Shown here in pieces: positions 43,301 through 56,420 of a DNA stretch of 64,000 bases. The position numbers and the translations under genes are program-made. Location of the stretch: assembly GCF_009914755.1 (NCBI RefSeq), contig NC_060933.1; one strand, 5' to 3'. Origin of the DNA: the human T2T-CHM13v2.0 reference genome, Homo sapiens. The notes under the pieces are model-generated. The model had not been told where the DNA came from. It saw only the letters and a program-made list of their open reading frames with translations, and did not search any database. Within the stretch, counting starts at the first letter, position 1; the number at the start of each line of letters is the position of its first letter.

Positions 43301-44883
43301 GATGATTCCATGCCACTGCATTCCGTTTCATTACATTCCCCTGCACTCACGTTGATTCCATTCCATTCCATTCCATTCCATTCAATTCCTTTCCAATACA
43401 ATTCGTTCCATTCCATTCTATTCCGTACCAATCCATTCCATTCCATACCATTCCATTCCATTCCATTCCATTCCATTCCATTCCGTTGCATTCCGTTCCA
43501 TTCCATTCCATTCCATTCTATTCGGGTTAATTCCATTCCATTCCATTCCATTCCATTCCATTCCATTCTATTCCATTCCATTGCATTCGAGTTGAATCCA
43601 TTGCATTTCATTCCATTCCATTCCATTCCATTCCATTCCGGAAGATTCCATTCCATTGCATTCCATTCCATTCCATTCCCCTGCACTCGCGTTGATTCCA
43701 TTCCATTCAATTCCATTCCATTCCATCCATTCCGTTCCGTTCCGTTCCATTCCATTCCATACCATTCCATTCCATTCCGTTCCGTTCCATTCCATTCCAT
43801 TCCATTCTATTCGGGTTAATTCCATTCCATTCCATTCGATTGCAATCGAGTTGATTCCATTCCATTCCATTCCATTCCATTCCATTCCATTCCATTCCTT
43901 TCCATTCCCTTCCGGATGATTCCATTCCATTGCATTTCATTCCATTCCATTCCCCTGTACTCGGGTTGATTCCATTCCATTCCATTCCAATCCATGCCAT
44001 TCCACTCCTGTTGATTCCATTCTTTCCATTCCATTCAAGTTGAATCCATTCCATTGCATTCCATTCCATTCGATTCCATTCGATTGCACTCGGGTTGATT
44101 CCATTCCATTGCATTCTATTCCATTCCATTCCATTCCATTCCATTCCATTACATTCGGATTGATTCTATTCAATTCCCTTACACTCCATTACATTCCATT
44201 CCATTCGGGTAGTTTCCATTCCATTCCATTCCTCTCCATTCCATTGCACTCGGGTTGATTCCATTCCATTGCATTCCATTCCATTCCATTCAATTCCATT
44301 CCGTTCCATTCCATTCCATTACATTCGGTTTGATTCTATTCAACTCCCTTACTCTCCATTACATTCCATTCCATTCGGGTTGTTCCATTCCATTCCATTC
44401 CATTCCACTGCATTCCATTGCACTCGGGTTTATTCCATTCCATTCCATTCCATTCCATTCCATTCCATTCCATTCCATTCCGGAAGATTCCATTCCATTG
44501 CATACCATTCCATTCCATTCCCCTGCACTCGCGTTGTTTCCATTCCATTCCATTCCATTCCATTCCAATCCATTCCATTCCGTTCCGTTCCGTTCCATTC
44601 CATTCCATTCCATTCTATTCGGGTTAATTCCATTCCATTCCATTCGATTGCAATCGATTTGATTCCATTCCATTCCATTCCATTCCATTCCATTCCATTC
44701 CATTCCTTTCCATTCCATTACGGATGATTCCATTCCATTGCATTCCATTCCATTCCATTCCCCTGTACTCGGGTTGATTCCATTCCATTCCATTCCAATC
44801 CATGCCATTCCACTCGTGTTGATTCCATTCTTTCCATTCCATTCAAGTTGAATCCATTCCATTGCGTTCCATTCCATTCCATT
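34399..44883 (-). repeat. ~5.2-kb tandem duplication (34399-39621 / 39622-44864)
   Basis: CTTACAGTCC at 34445/39668. The ORF track gives identical translations at +5218 (36970/42188, 37121/42339). The 19-bp CGTTCCATTCCATTCCATT lies at 34399, 39622 and 44865. Confidence 0.92.
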
Positions 44884-47800
44884 CCCCTGCAGTCGGGTTG
44901 ATTCCATTCCATTCCATTCCATTCCATTCCATTCCATTCCATTCCATTCCGTTCCGTTCCATTCCATTCCATTCCATTGTATTCGGGTTAATTCCATTCC
45001 ATTCCATTCCATTCCATTGCATTCGAGTTGATTCCATTCCATTCCATTCCATTCCATTCCACTCCATTCCAGTCCTTTCCATTCCATTCCACTCGGGTTG
45101 ATTCCAATGTATTCCTTTCCATTCCATTCCATTCCATTGCAATCGAGTTGATTCCATTGCTTTGCATTCCATTCCATTCCATTCCATTCCGGATGATTAC
45201 ATTCCATTGCATTCCATTCCATTCCATTCCCCTGCACTCGGGTTGATTCCATTCCATTCCACTCCATTCCATTCCATTCCATTCCATTCCATTGTATTCG
45301 GGTTAATTCCATTCCATTCCATTCCATTCCATTCCATTACAATCGAGTTGATTCCATTCCATTCCATTCCATTCCAGTCCTTTCCATTCCATTCCACTCG
45401 GGTTGATTCCATTCTATTAATTTCCATTCCATTCCATTCCCTTTCATTCCACTCTGGTTGATACCATTCCTTTCCATTCCACTCGAATACATTCCCTCCC
45501 ATTCCACTCGGAACGATTCCATTCCATTCCATTCCATTCCATTCCATTCCATTCCATTCCATTCCATTTCGTTCCATTCCATTCTATTCCGTATCATTCC
45601 ATTCCATTCCATTCCATTCCATTCCATTCCATTCCATTCCATTCCATTGTACTCGGGTTGATTCAATTCCATTGCATTCCATTCCATTCCATTCCATTCC
45701 ATTCCATTCCGTTGCATTCCATTCCATTACATTTGGATTGATTCTATTCAACTCCCTTACTCTCCATTACATTCCATTCCATTCGGGTTGTTCCATTCCA
45801 TTCCATTCCATTCCACTCCATTCCATTGCACTCGGGTTGATTCCATTCCATTCCATTCCATTCCATTCCATTCCATTCCATTCCATTCCGGATGATTCCA
45901 TTCCATTGCATTCCGTTCCATTACATTCCCCTGCACTCGCGTTGATTCCATTCCATTCCATTCCATTCCATTCAATTCCATTCCATTACAATTCGTTCCA
46001 TTCCATTCTATTCCGTACCATTCCATTCCATTCCATACCATTCCATTCCATTCCATTCCATTCCGTTCCATTCCGTTCCATTCCATTCCATTCCATTCTA
46101 TTCGGATTAATTCCATTCCATTCCATTCCATTCCATTCTATTCCATTCCATTGCAATCGAGTTGAATAGATTGAATTTCATTCCATTCCATTCCATTCCA
46201 TTGCATTCCGGAAGATTCCATTCCATTGCATTCCATTTCATTCCATTCCCCTGAACTCGCGTTGATTCCATTCCATTCCATTCCATTCCATTCCATTCCA
46301 TTCCATTCCGTTCCGTTCCGTTCCGTTCCATTCCATTCCATTCCTTTCCGTTCCGTTCCGTTCCGTTCCATTCCATTCCATTCCATTCCATTCCATTCCA
46401 TGCCATTCCACTCGGGTTGATTCTATACCTTTCCATTCCATTCGGGTTGAATCCATTCCATTCCATTTGATTCCATTCCATTGCACTCGGGTTGATTCCA
46501 TTCCATTCCATTCCATTCCATTCCATTCCGTTCCATTCCATTCCATTACATTCGGATTTATTCTATTCAATTGCCTTACACTCCATTATATTCCATTCCA
46601 TTCGGGTAGTTTCCATTCCATTCCATTCCATTCCTCTCCATTCCATTGCACTCGGGTTGATTCCATTCCATTGCATTCCATTCCATTCCATTCAATTCCA
46701 TTCCGTTCCATTCCATTCCATTACATTCGGATTGATTCTATTCAACTCCCTTACTCTCCATTACATTCCATTCCATTCGGGTTGTTCCATTCCATTCCAT
46801 TCCATTCCACTCCATTACATTGCACTCAGGTTTATTCCATTCCATTCCATTCCATTCCATTCCATTCCGGAAGATTCCATTCCATTGCATTCCATTCCAT
46901 TCCATTCCCCTGCACTCGCGTTGATTCCATTCCATTCCATTCTATTCCATTCCATTCCATTCCATTCCATTCCTTTCCGTTCCATTCCATTCCATTCCAT
47001 TCCAATCCATTCCATTCCGTTCCGTTCCGTTCCATTCCAGTCTATTCCATTCTATTCGGGTTAATTCCATTCCATTCCATTCGATTGCAATCGAGTTGAT
47101 TCCATTCCATTCTATTCCATTCCATTCCATTCCATTCCATTCCTTTCCATTCCATTCCATTACTGATGATTCCATTCCATTGCATTCAATTCCATTCCAT
47201 TCCCCTGTACTCGGGTTGATTCCATTCCATTCCATTCCAATCCATGCCATTCCACACGTGTTGATTCCATTCTTTCCATTCCATTCAAGTTGAATCCATT
47301 CCATTGCATTCCATTCCGTTCCATTCCCCTGCAGTCGGGTTGATTCCATTCCATTCCGTTCCATTCCATTCCATTCCATTCCATTCCGTTCCGTTCCATT
47401 CCATTCCATTCCATTCCATTCGGGTTAATTCCATTCCATTCCATTCCATTCCATTCCATTCCATTCCAATCGAATTGATTCCATTCCATTCCATTCCATT
47501 CCATTCCACTCATTCCAGTCCTTTCGATTCCATTCCACTCGGGTTGATTCCAATGTATTCCTTTCCATTCCATTCCATTCCATTGCAATCGAGTTGATTC
47601 CATTGCTTTGCATTCCATTCCATTCCATTCCATTCCATTCCTTTCCATTCCCTTCCGGATGATTCCATTCCATTGCATTCCATTCCATTCCATTCCCCTG
47701 TACTCGGGTTGATTCCATTCCATTCCATTCCAATCCATGCCATTCCACTCCTGTTGATTCCATTCTTTCCATTCCATTCAAGTTGAATCCATTCCATTGC

Positions 47801-50800
47801 ATTCCATTCCATTCGATTCCATTCGATTGCACTCGGGTTGATTCCATTCCATTGCATTCTATTCCATTCCATTCCATTCCATTCCATTCCATTACATTCG
47901 GATTGATTCTATTCAATTCCCTTACACTCCATTCCATTCCATTCCATTCGGGTAGTTTCCATTCCATTCCATTCCTCTCCATTCCATTGCACTCGGGTTG
48001 ATTCCATTCCATTGCATTCCATTCCATTCCATTCAATTCCATTCCGTTCCATTCCATTCCATTACATTCGGTTTGATTCTATTCAACTCCCTTACTCTCC
48101 ATTACATTCCATTCCATTCGGGTTGTTCCATTCCATTCCATTCCATTCCACTCCATTCCATTGCACTCGGGTTTATTCCATTCCATTCCATTCCATTCCA
48201 TTCCATTCCATTCCATTCCATTCCGGAAGATTCCATTCCATTGCATACCATTCCATTCCATTCCCCTGCACTCGCGTTGTTTCCATTCCATTCCATTCCA
48301 TTCCATTCCAATCCATTCCATTCCGTTCCGTTCCGTTCCATTCCATTCCATTCCATTCTATTCGGGTTAATTCCATTCCATTCCATTCGATTGCAATCGA
48401 TTTGATTCCATTCCATTCCATTCCATTCCATTCCATTCCATTCCTTTCCATTCCATTACGGATGATTCCATTCCATTGCATTCCATTCCATTCCATTCCC
48501 CTGTACTCGGGTTGATTCCTTTCCATTCCATTCCAGTCCATGCCATTCCACTCGTGTTGATTCCATTCTTTCCATTCCATTCAAGTTGAATCCATTCCAT
48601 TGCGTTCCATTCCATTCCATTCCCCTGCAGTCGGGTTGATTCCATTCCATTCCATTCCATTCCATTCCATTCCATTCCATTCCGTTCCGTTCCATTCCAT
48701 TCCATTCCATTCTATTCGGGTTAATTCCATTCCATTCCATTCCATTCCATTCCATTCCATTCCATTCGAGTTGATTCCATTCCATTCCATTCCATTCCAT
48801 TCCACTCCATTCCAGTCCTTTCCATTCCATTCCACTCGGGTTGATTCCAATGTATTCCTTTCCATTCCATTCCATTCCATTGCAATCGAGTTGATTCCAT
48901 TGCTTTGCATTCCATTCCATTCCATTCCATTCCGGATGATTACATTCCATTGCATTCCATTCCATTCCATTCCCCTGCACCCGGGTTGATTCCATTCCAT
49001 TCCACTCCATTCCATTCCATTCCATTCCATTGTATTCGGGTTAATTCCATTCCATTCCATTCCATTCCATTCCATTACAATCGAGTTGATTCCATTCCAT
49101 TCCATTCCATTCCAGTCCTTTCCATTCCATTCCACTCGGGTTGATTCCATTCTATTAATTTCCATTCCATTCCATTCCCTTCCATTCCACTCTGGTTGAT
49201 ACCATTCCTTTCCATTCCACTCGAATACATTCCCTCCCATTCCACTCGGAACGATTCCATTCCATTCCATTCCATTCCATTCCATTCCATTCCATTCCAT
49301 TCCATTCAATTCCATTCCATTTCGTTCCATTCCATTCTATTCCGTATCATTCCATTCCATTCCATTCCATTCCATTCCATTCCATTCCATTCCATTGTAC
49401 TCGGGTTGATTCAATTCCATTGCATTCCATTCCATTCCATTCCATTCCATTCCATTCCATTCCGTTGCATTCCATTCCATTACATTTGGATTGATTCTAT
49501 TCAACTCCCTTACTCTCCATTACATTCCATTCCATTCGGGTTGTTCCATTCCATTCCATTCCATTCCACTCCATTCCATTGCACTCGGGTTGATTCCATT
49601 CCATTCCATTCCATTCCATTCCATTCCATTCCATTCCATTCCGGATGATTCCATTCCATTGCATTCCGTTCCATTACATTCCCCTGCACTCGCGTTGATT
49701 CCATTCCATTCCATTCCATTCCATTCAATTCCATTCCATTACAATTCGTTCCATTCCATTCTATTCCGTACCATTCCATTCCATTCCATACCATTCCATT
49801 CCATTCCATTCCATTCCGTTCCATTCCGTTCCATTCCATTCCATTCCATTCTATTCGGATTAATTCCATTCCATTCCATTCCATTCCATTCTATTCCATT
49901 CCATTGCAATCGAGTTGAATCGATTGAATTTCATTCCATTCGATTCCATTCCATTGCATTCCGGAAGATTCCATTCCATTGCATTCCATTTCATTCCATT
50001 CCCCTGCACTCGCGTTGATTCCATTCCATTCCATTCCATTCCATTCCATTCCATTCCATTCCGTTCCGTTCCGTTCCGTTCCATTCCATTCCATTCCTTT
50101 CCGTTCCGTTCCGTTCCGTTCCATTCCATTCCATTCCATTCCATTCCATTCCATGCCATTCCACTCGGGTTGATTCTATACCTTTCCATTCCATTCGGGT
50201 TGAATCCATTCCATTCCATTTGATTCCATTCCATTGCACTCGGGTTGATTCCATTCCATTCCATTCCATTCCATTCCGTTCCATTCCATTCCATTACATT
50301 CGGATTTATTCTATTCAATTGCCTTACACTCCATTATATTCCATTCCATTCGGGTAGTTTCCATTCCATTCCATTCCATTCCTCTCCATTCCATTGCACT
50401 CGGGTTGATTCCATTCCATTGCATTCCATTCCATTCCATTCAATTCCATTCCGTTCCATTCCATTCCATTACATTCGGATTGATTCTATTCAACTCCCTT
50501 ACTCTCCATTACATTCCATTCCATTCGGGTTGTTCCATTCCATTCCATTCCATTCCACTCCATTACATTGCACTCAGGTTTATTCCATTCCATTCCATTC
50601 CATTCCATTCCATTCCATTCCATTCCGGAAGATTCCATTCCATTGCATTCCATTCCATTCCATTCCCCTGCACTCGCGTTGATTCCATTCCATTCCATTC
50701 TATTCCATTCCATTCCATTCCATTCCATTCCTTTCCGTTCCATTCCATTCCATTCCATTCCAATCCATTCCATTCCGTTCCGTTCCGTTCCATTCCAGTC

Positions 50801-51400
50801 TATTCCATTCTATTCGGGTTAATTCCATTCCATTCCATTCGATTGCAATCGAGTTGATTCCATTCCATTCTATTCCATTCCATTCCATTCCATTCCATTC
50901 CTTTCCATTCCATTCCATTACTGATGATTCCATTCCATTGCATTCAATTCCATTCCATTCCCCTGTACTCGGGTTGATTCCATTCCATTCCATTCCAATC
51001 CATGCCATTCCACACGTGTTGATTCCATTCTTTCCATTCCATTCAAGTTGAATCCATTCCATTGCATTCCATTCCGTTCCATTCCCCTGCAGTCGGGTTG
51101 ATTCCATTCCATTCCGTTCCATTCCATTCCATTCCATTCCATTCCGTTCCGTTCCATTCCATTCCATTCCATTCCATTCGGGTTAATTCCATTCCGTTCC
51201 ATTCCATTCCATTCCATTCCATTCCATTCCAATCGAATTGATTCCATTCCATTCCATTCCATTCCATTCCACTCATTCCAGTCCTTTCGATTCCATTCCA
51301 CTCGGGTTGATTCCAATGTATTCCTTTCCATTCCATTCCATTCCATTGCAATCGAGTTGATTCCATTGCTTTGCATTCCATTCCATTCCATTCCATTCCA
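43870..51400 (-). repeat. ~3.75-kb tandem duplication (~43870-47610 / ~47611-51400)
   Basis: Identical or near-identical translations at +3743 to +3758 (44040/47783, 45757/49510, 46942/50700). Shared variants TTCTATACCTTT, TGCCTTACAC, TACTGATG and CCACACGTG. The junction lies in a (CATTC)n run at ~47611-47640. Confidence 0.9.
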
Positions 51401-53122
51401 TTCCGGATGATTCCATTCCATGTCATTGCATTCCATTCCATTCCCCTGCACTCGGTTTGATTCCATTCCATTCCACTCCATTCCGTTCCGTTCCATTCCA
51501 TTCCATTGTATTCGGGTTAATTCCATTCCATTCCATTCCATTCCATTCCATTACAATCGAGTTGATTCCATTCCATTACATTCCATTCCAGTCCTTTCCA
51601 TTCCATTCCACTCGGGTTGATTCCATTCTATTAATTTCCTTTCCATTCCATTCCCTTCCATTCCACTCTGGTTGATACCATTCCTTTCCATTCCACTCGA
51701 ATACATTCCCTCCTATTCCAATCGGAACGATTCCATTCCATTCCATTCCATTCCATTCCATTCCATTCCATTCCATTCCATTCCATTTCGTTCCATTCCA
51801 TTCTATTCCGTATCATTCCATTCCATTCCATTCCATTCCATTCCATTCCATTCCATTCCATTGTACTCGGGTTGATTCAATTCCATTGCATTCCATTCCA
51901 TTGCATTCCATTCCATTCCATTCCATTCCATTCCGTTGCATTCCATTCCATTACATTCGGATTGATTCTATTCAACTCCCTTACTCTCCATTACATTCCA
52001 TTCCATTCGGGTTGTTCCATTCCATTCCATTCCTTTCCACTCCATTCCATTGCACTCGGGTTGATTCCATTCCATTCCATTCCATTCCATTCCATTCCAT
52101 TCCATTCCATTCCGGATGATTCCATTCCATTGCATTCCGTTCCATTACATTCCCCGGCACTCGCGTTGATTCCATTCCATTCCATTCCATTCCATTCCAT
52201 TACAATTCGTTCCATTCCATTATATTCCGTACCATTCCATTCCATTCCATACCATTCCATTCCATTCCATTCCGTTCCATTCCGTTCCATCCCATTCCAT
52301 TCGGATTAATTCCATTCCATTCCATTCTTTTCCATTCCATTGCAATCGAGTTGAATCCATTGCATTTCCTTCCATTCCATTCCATTCCATTCCATTCCGG
52401 AAGATTCCATTCCATTGCATTCCATTCCATTCCATTCCCCTGCACTCGCGTTGATTCCATTCCATTCCATTCCATTCCATTCCACTCCGTTCCGTTCCGT
52501 TCCATTCCATTCCATTCCATTCCGTTCCGTTCCGTTCCATTCCATTCCATTCCATTCTATTCGGGTTAATTCCATTCCATTCCATTCGATTGCAATCGAG
52601 TTGATTCCATTCCATTCCATTCCATTCCATTCCATTCCATTCCATTCCTTTCCATTCCATTACGGATGATTCCATTCCATTGCATTCCATTCCATTCCAT
52701 TCCCGTGTACTCGGGTTGATTCCATTCCATTCCATTCCATTCCGTTCCATTCCATTCCATTCCATTGTACTCGGGTTGATTCCATTCCATTGCATTCCAT
52801 TCCATTCCATTCCTTTCCATTCCATTCCATTACATTCGGATTGATTCTATTCAACTCCCTTACTCTCCATTACATTCCATTCCATCTGGGTTGTTCCATT
52901 CCATTCCATTCCATTCCATTCCGGAAGATTCCATTCCATTGCAATCCATTCCATTCCATTCCCCTGCACTCGCGTTGATTCCATTCCATTCCATTCTATT
53001 CCATTCCATTCCCTTCCTTTCCGTTCCATTCCATTCCATTCCATTCCGTTCCCTTCCATTCCATTCCATTCCATTCTATTCAGGTTAATTCCATTCCATT
53101 CCATTCGATTGCAATCGAGTTG

Positions 53123-53221
53123 ATTCCATTCCATTCCATACGATTCCTTTCCATTCCATTCCATTCCATTCCGAATGGAATGGAATGGAATGGAAAGGAA
53201 TGGTATGGAATGGAATGGAAT
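53123..53221. other. Strand-switch junction J2 (G-strands divergent); 49-bp-arm near-perfect palindrome centred on 53172
   Basis: Arms 53123-53171 and 53173-53221 are reverse complements with one mismatch (53142/53202). The variant pentamers CCTTT/AAAGG and CCATA/TATGG are mirrored. Confidence 0.93.
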
Positions 53222-56200
53222 GGTACGGAATAGAATGGAATGGAACGAATTGTAATGGAATGGAATTGAATGGAATGGAAAGGAATCAACGCGAGTGCAG
53301 GGGAATGTAATGGAACGGAATGCAATGGAATGGAATCATCCGGAATGGAATGGAATGGCATGGAATGCAATGGAATGGAATCAACCCGAGTGCAATGGAA
53401 TGGAGTGGAATGGAATGGAATGGAATGGAACAACCCGAATGGAGTGGAATATAATGGAGAGTAAGGGAGTTGAATAGAATCAATCCGAATGTAATGGAAT
53501 GGAATGCAACGGAATGGAATGGAATGGAATGGAATGGAATGCAATGGAATTGAATCAACCCGAGTACAATGGAATGGAATGGAATGGAATGGAATGGAAT
53601 GGAATGGAATGGAAAGATACGGAATAGAATGGAATGGAACGAAATGGAATGGAATGGAACGAAATGGAATGGAATGGAATGGAATGGAATGGAATGGAAT
53701 GGAATCGTTCCGAGTGGAATAGGAGGGAATGTGTTCGAGTGGAATGGAAAGGAATGGTATCAACCAGAGTGGAATGGATGGGAATGGATTGGAATGGAAA
53801 CTAATAGAATGGAATCAACCCGAGTGGAATGGAATGGAAAGGACTGGAATGGAATGGAATGGAATGGAATCAACTCGATTGTAATGGAATGGAATGGAAT
53901 GGAATGGAATGGAATGGAATGGAATTAACCCGAATACAATGGAATGGAATGGAATGGAACGGAATGGAGTGGAATTGAATGGAATCAACCCGAGTGCAGG
54001 GGAATGGAATGGAATGGAATGCAATGGAATGGAATCATCCGGAATGGAATGGAATGGAATGGAATGCAAAGCAATGGAATCAACTCGATTGCAATGGAAT
54101 GGAATGGAATGGAAAGGAATACATTGGAATCAACGCGAGTGGAATGGAATGGAAAGGACTGGAATGGAGTGGAATGGAATGGAATGGAATGGAATGGAAT
54201 CAACTCGATTGGAATGGAATGGAATGGAATGGAATGGAATTAAACCGAATAGAATGGAATGGAATGGAATGGAACGGAACGGAATGGAATGGAATGGAAT
54301 GGAATGGAATGGAATGGAATGGAATGGAATCAACCCGACTGCAGGGTAATGGAATGGAATGGAATGCAATGGAATGGATTCAACTTGAATGGAATGGAAA
54401 GAATGGAATCAACACGAGTGGAATGGCGTGGATTGGAATGGAATGGAATGGAATCAACCCGAGTACAGGGGAATGGAATGGAATGGAATGCAATGGAATG
54501 TAATCATCCGTAATGGAATGGAAAGGACTGGAATGGAATGGAATAGAACGGAAGGGAATCAACTCGATTGCAATCGAATGGAATGGAATGGAATTAACCC
54601 GAATAGAATGGAATGGAATGGAATGGAACGGAAAGGAACGGAATGGAATGGATTGGAATGGAATGGAATGGAATGGAATGGAAAGGAATGGAATGGAATG
54701 GAATGGAATGGAATGGAACGGAATGGAATGGAATCAACGCGAGTGAAGGGGAATGGAATGGAATGGAATGCAATGGAATGGAATCTTCCGGAATGGAATG
54801 GAATGGAATGGAATGGAATGGAATGGAATGGAATGGAATAAACCCGAGTTCAATGGAATGGAGAGGAATGGAATGGAATGGAATGGAAACTACCCGAATG
54901 GAATGGAATGTAATGGAGTGTAAGGGAATTGAATAGAATCAATCCGAATGTAATGGAATGGAATGGAACGGAATGGAATGGAATGGAATGGAATGGAATG
55001 GAATGCAACGCAATGGAATGGAATCAACCCGAGTGCAATCGAATGGAATCGAATGGAATGGAATGCAATGGAATGGACTCAACTTGAATGGAATGGAAAG
55101 AATGGAATCAACACGAGTGGAATGGCATGGATTGGAATGGAATGGAATGGATTCAACCCGAGTACAGGGGAATGGAATGGAATGGAATGCAATGGAATGG
55201 AATCATCCGTAATGGAATGGAAAGAATGGAATGGAATGGAATGGAATGGAATGGAATCAACTCGATTGCAATCGAATGGAATGGAATGGAAATAACCCGA
55301 ATAGAATGGAATGGAATGGAATGGAACGGAACGGAATGGAATGGAATGGAATGGAACGGAACGGAACGGAATGGATGGAATGGAATGGAATGGAATGGAA
55401 TGGAATGAACGCGAGTGCAGGGGAATGGAATGGAATGGAATGCAATGGAATGGAATAATCTCTTCCGGAATGGAATTGAATGGAATGGAATGGAATGAAA
55501 TGCAATTGATTCAACTCGACTGCAATGGAATGGAATAGAATGGAATGGAATGGAATGGAATGGAATGGAATGGAATGGAATGGAATTAACCCGAATAGAA
55601 TGGAATGGAATGGAATGGAACGGAATGGAACGGAATGGAATGGAATGGAATGGAATGGAATGGAATGGAATGGAACGGTATGGAATGGAATGGAATGGTA
55701 CGGAATAGAATGGAATGGAACGAATTGTAATGGAATGGAATTGAATGGAATGGAATGGAATGGAATGGAATCAACGCGAGTGCAGGGGAATGTAATGGAA
55801 CGGAATGCAATGGAATGGAATCATCCGGAATGGAATGGAATGGAATGGAATGGAATGGAATCAACCCGAGTACAATGGAATGGAGTGGAATGGAATGGAA
55901 AGGAATGGAACAACCCAAATGGAATGGAACGTAATGGAGAGTAAGGGAGTTGAATAGAATCAATCCGAATGTAATGGAATGGAATGCAACGGAATGGAAT
56001 GGAATGGAATGGAATGGAATTGAATGGAATGCAATGAAATGGAATCAACCCGAGTACAATGGAATGGAATGGAATGGAATGGAATGGAATGGAATGCATT
56101 CAAACCGAATGGAATGGAAAGGAATGGAATCAACACGAGTGGAATGGAATGGAATGGAATGGAATGGAATGGAATGGAATGATACGGAATAGAATGGAAT

Positions 56201-56420
56201 GGAACGAAATGGAATGGAATGGAATGGAATGGAATGGAATGGAATGGAATGGAATGGAATCGTTCCGAGTGGAATAGGAGGGAATGTATTCGAGTGGAAT
56301 GGAAAGGAATGGAATCAACCAGAGTGGAATGGAAGGGAATGGAATGGAATGGAAACTAATAGAATGCAATCAACCCGAGTGGAATGGAATGGAAAAGACT
56401 GGAATGGAAAGGAATGGAAT
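53180..56420 (+). repeat. Right arm of a ~3.3-kb inverted repeat whose left arm is ~42720-46050
   Basis: Mirror-collinear module order plus private variants: GGTATCAACCAG (~53757 vs ~45460), GGAATTGAATCAACCCGAGTAC (~53546 vs ~45660), 1-bp deletion GGATGG (~55373 vs ~43724), GGAAAAGACTGG (56391 vs ~42740). Confidence 0.8.
54780..54794 (+). promoter_or_regulatory. Perfect heat-shock-element consensus (representative of ~8 copies in domain 3)
   Basis: GGAATCTTCCGGAAT. Sequence match only. Confidence 0.55.

Larger units (their letters stand above)
17122..53172 (-). repeat. Satellite III (HSat3) array, domain 2, ~36-kb inverted block ((ATTCC)n on + strand)
   Basis: Same modules as reverse complements (ACTCGGGTTG, GCAATCGAGTTG, CGGATG, CCGGAAG, CAACTCCCTTACTC) from 17122 to 53172, with no internal strand switch noticed. 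Confidence 0.97.

Noticed and set aside
53165-53180. Possible HSE created at J2 (TTC..GAA)
   Set aside because: The spacing is 1 bp (TTC-C-GAA), not the required 2 bp.
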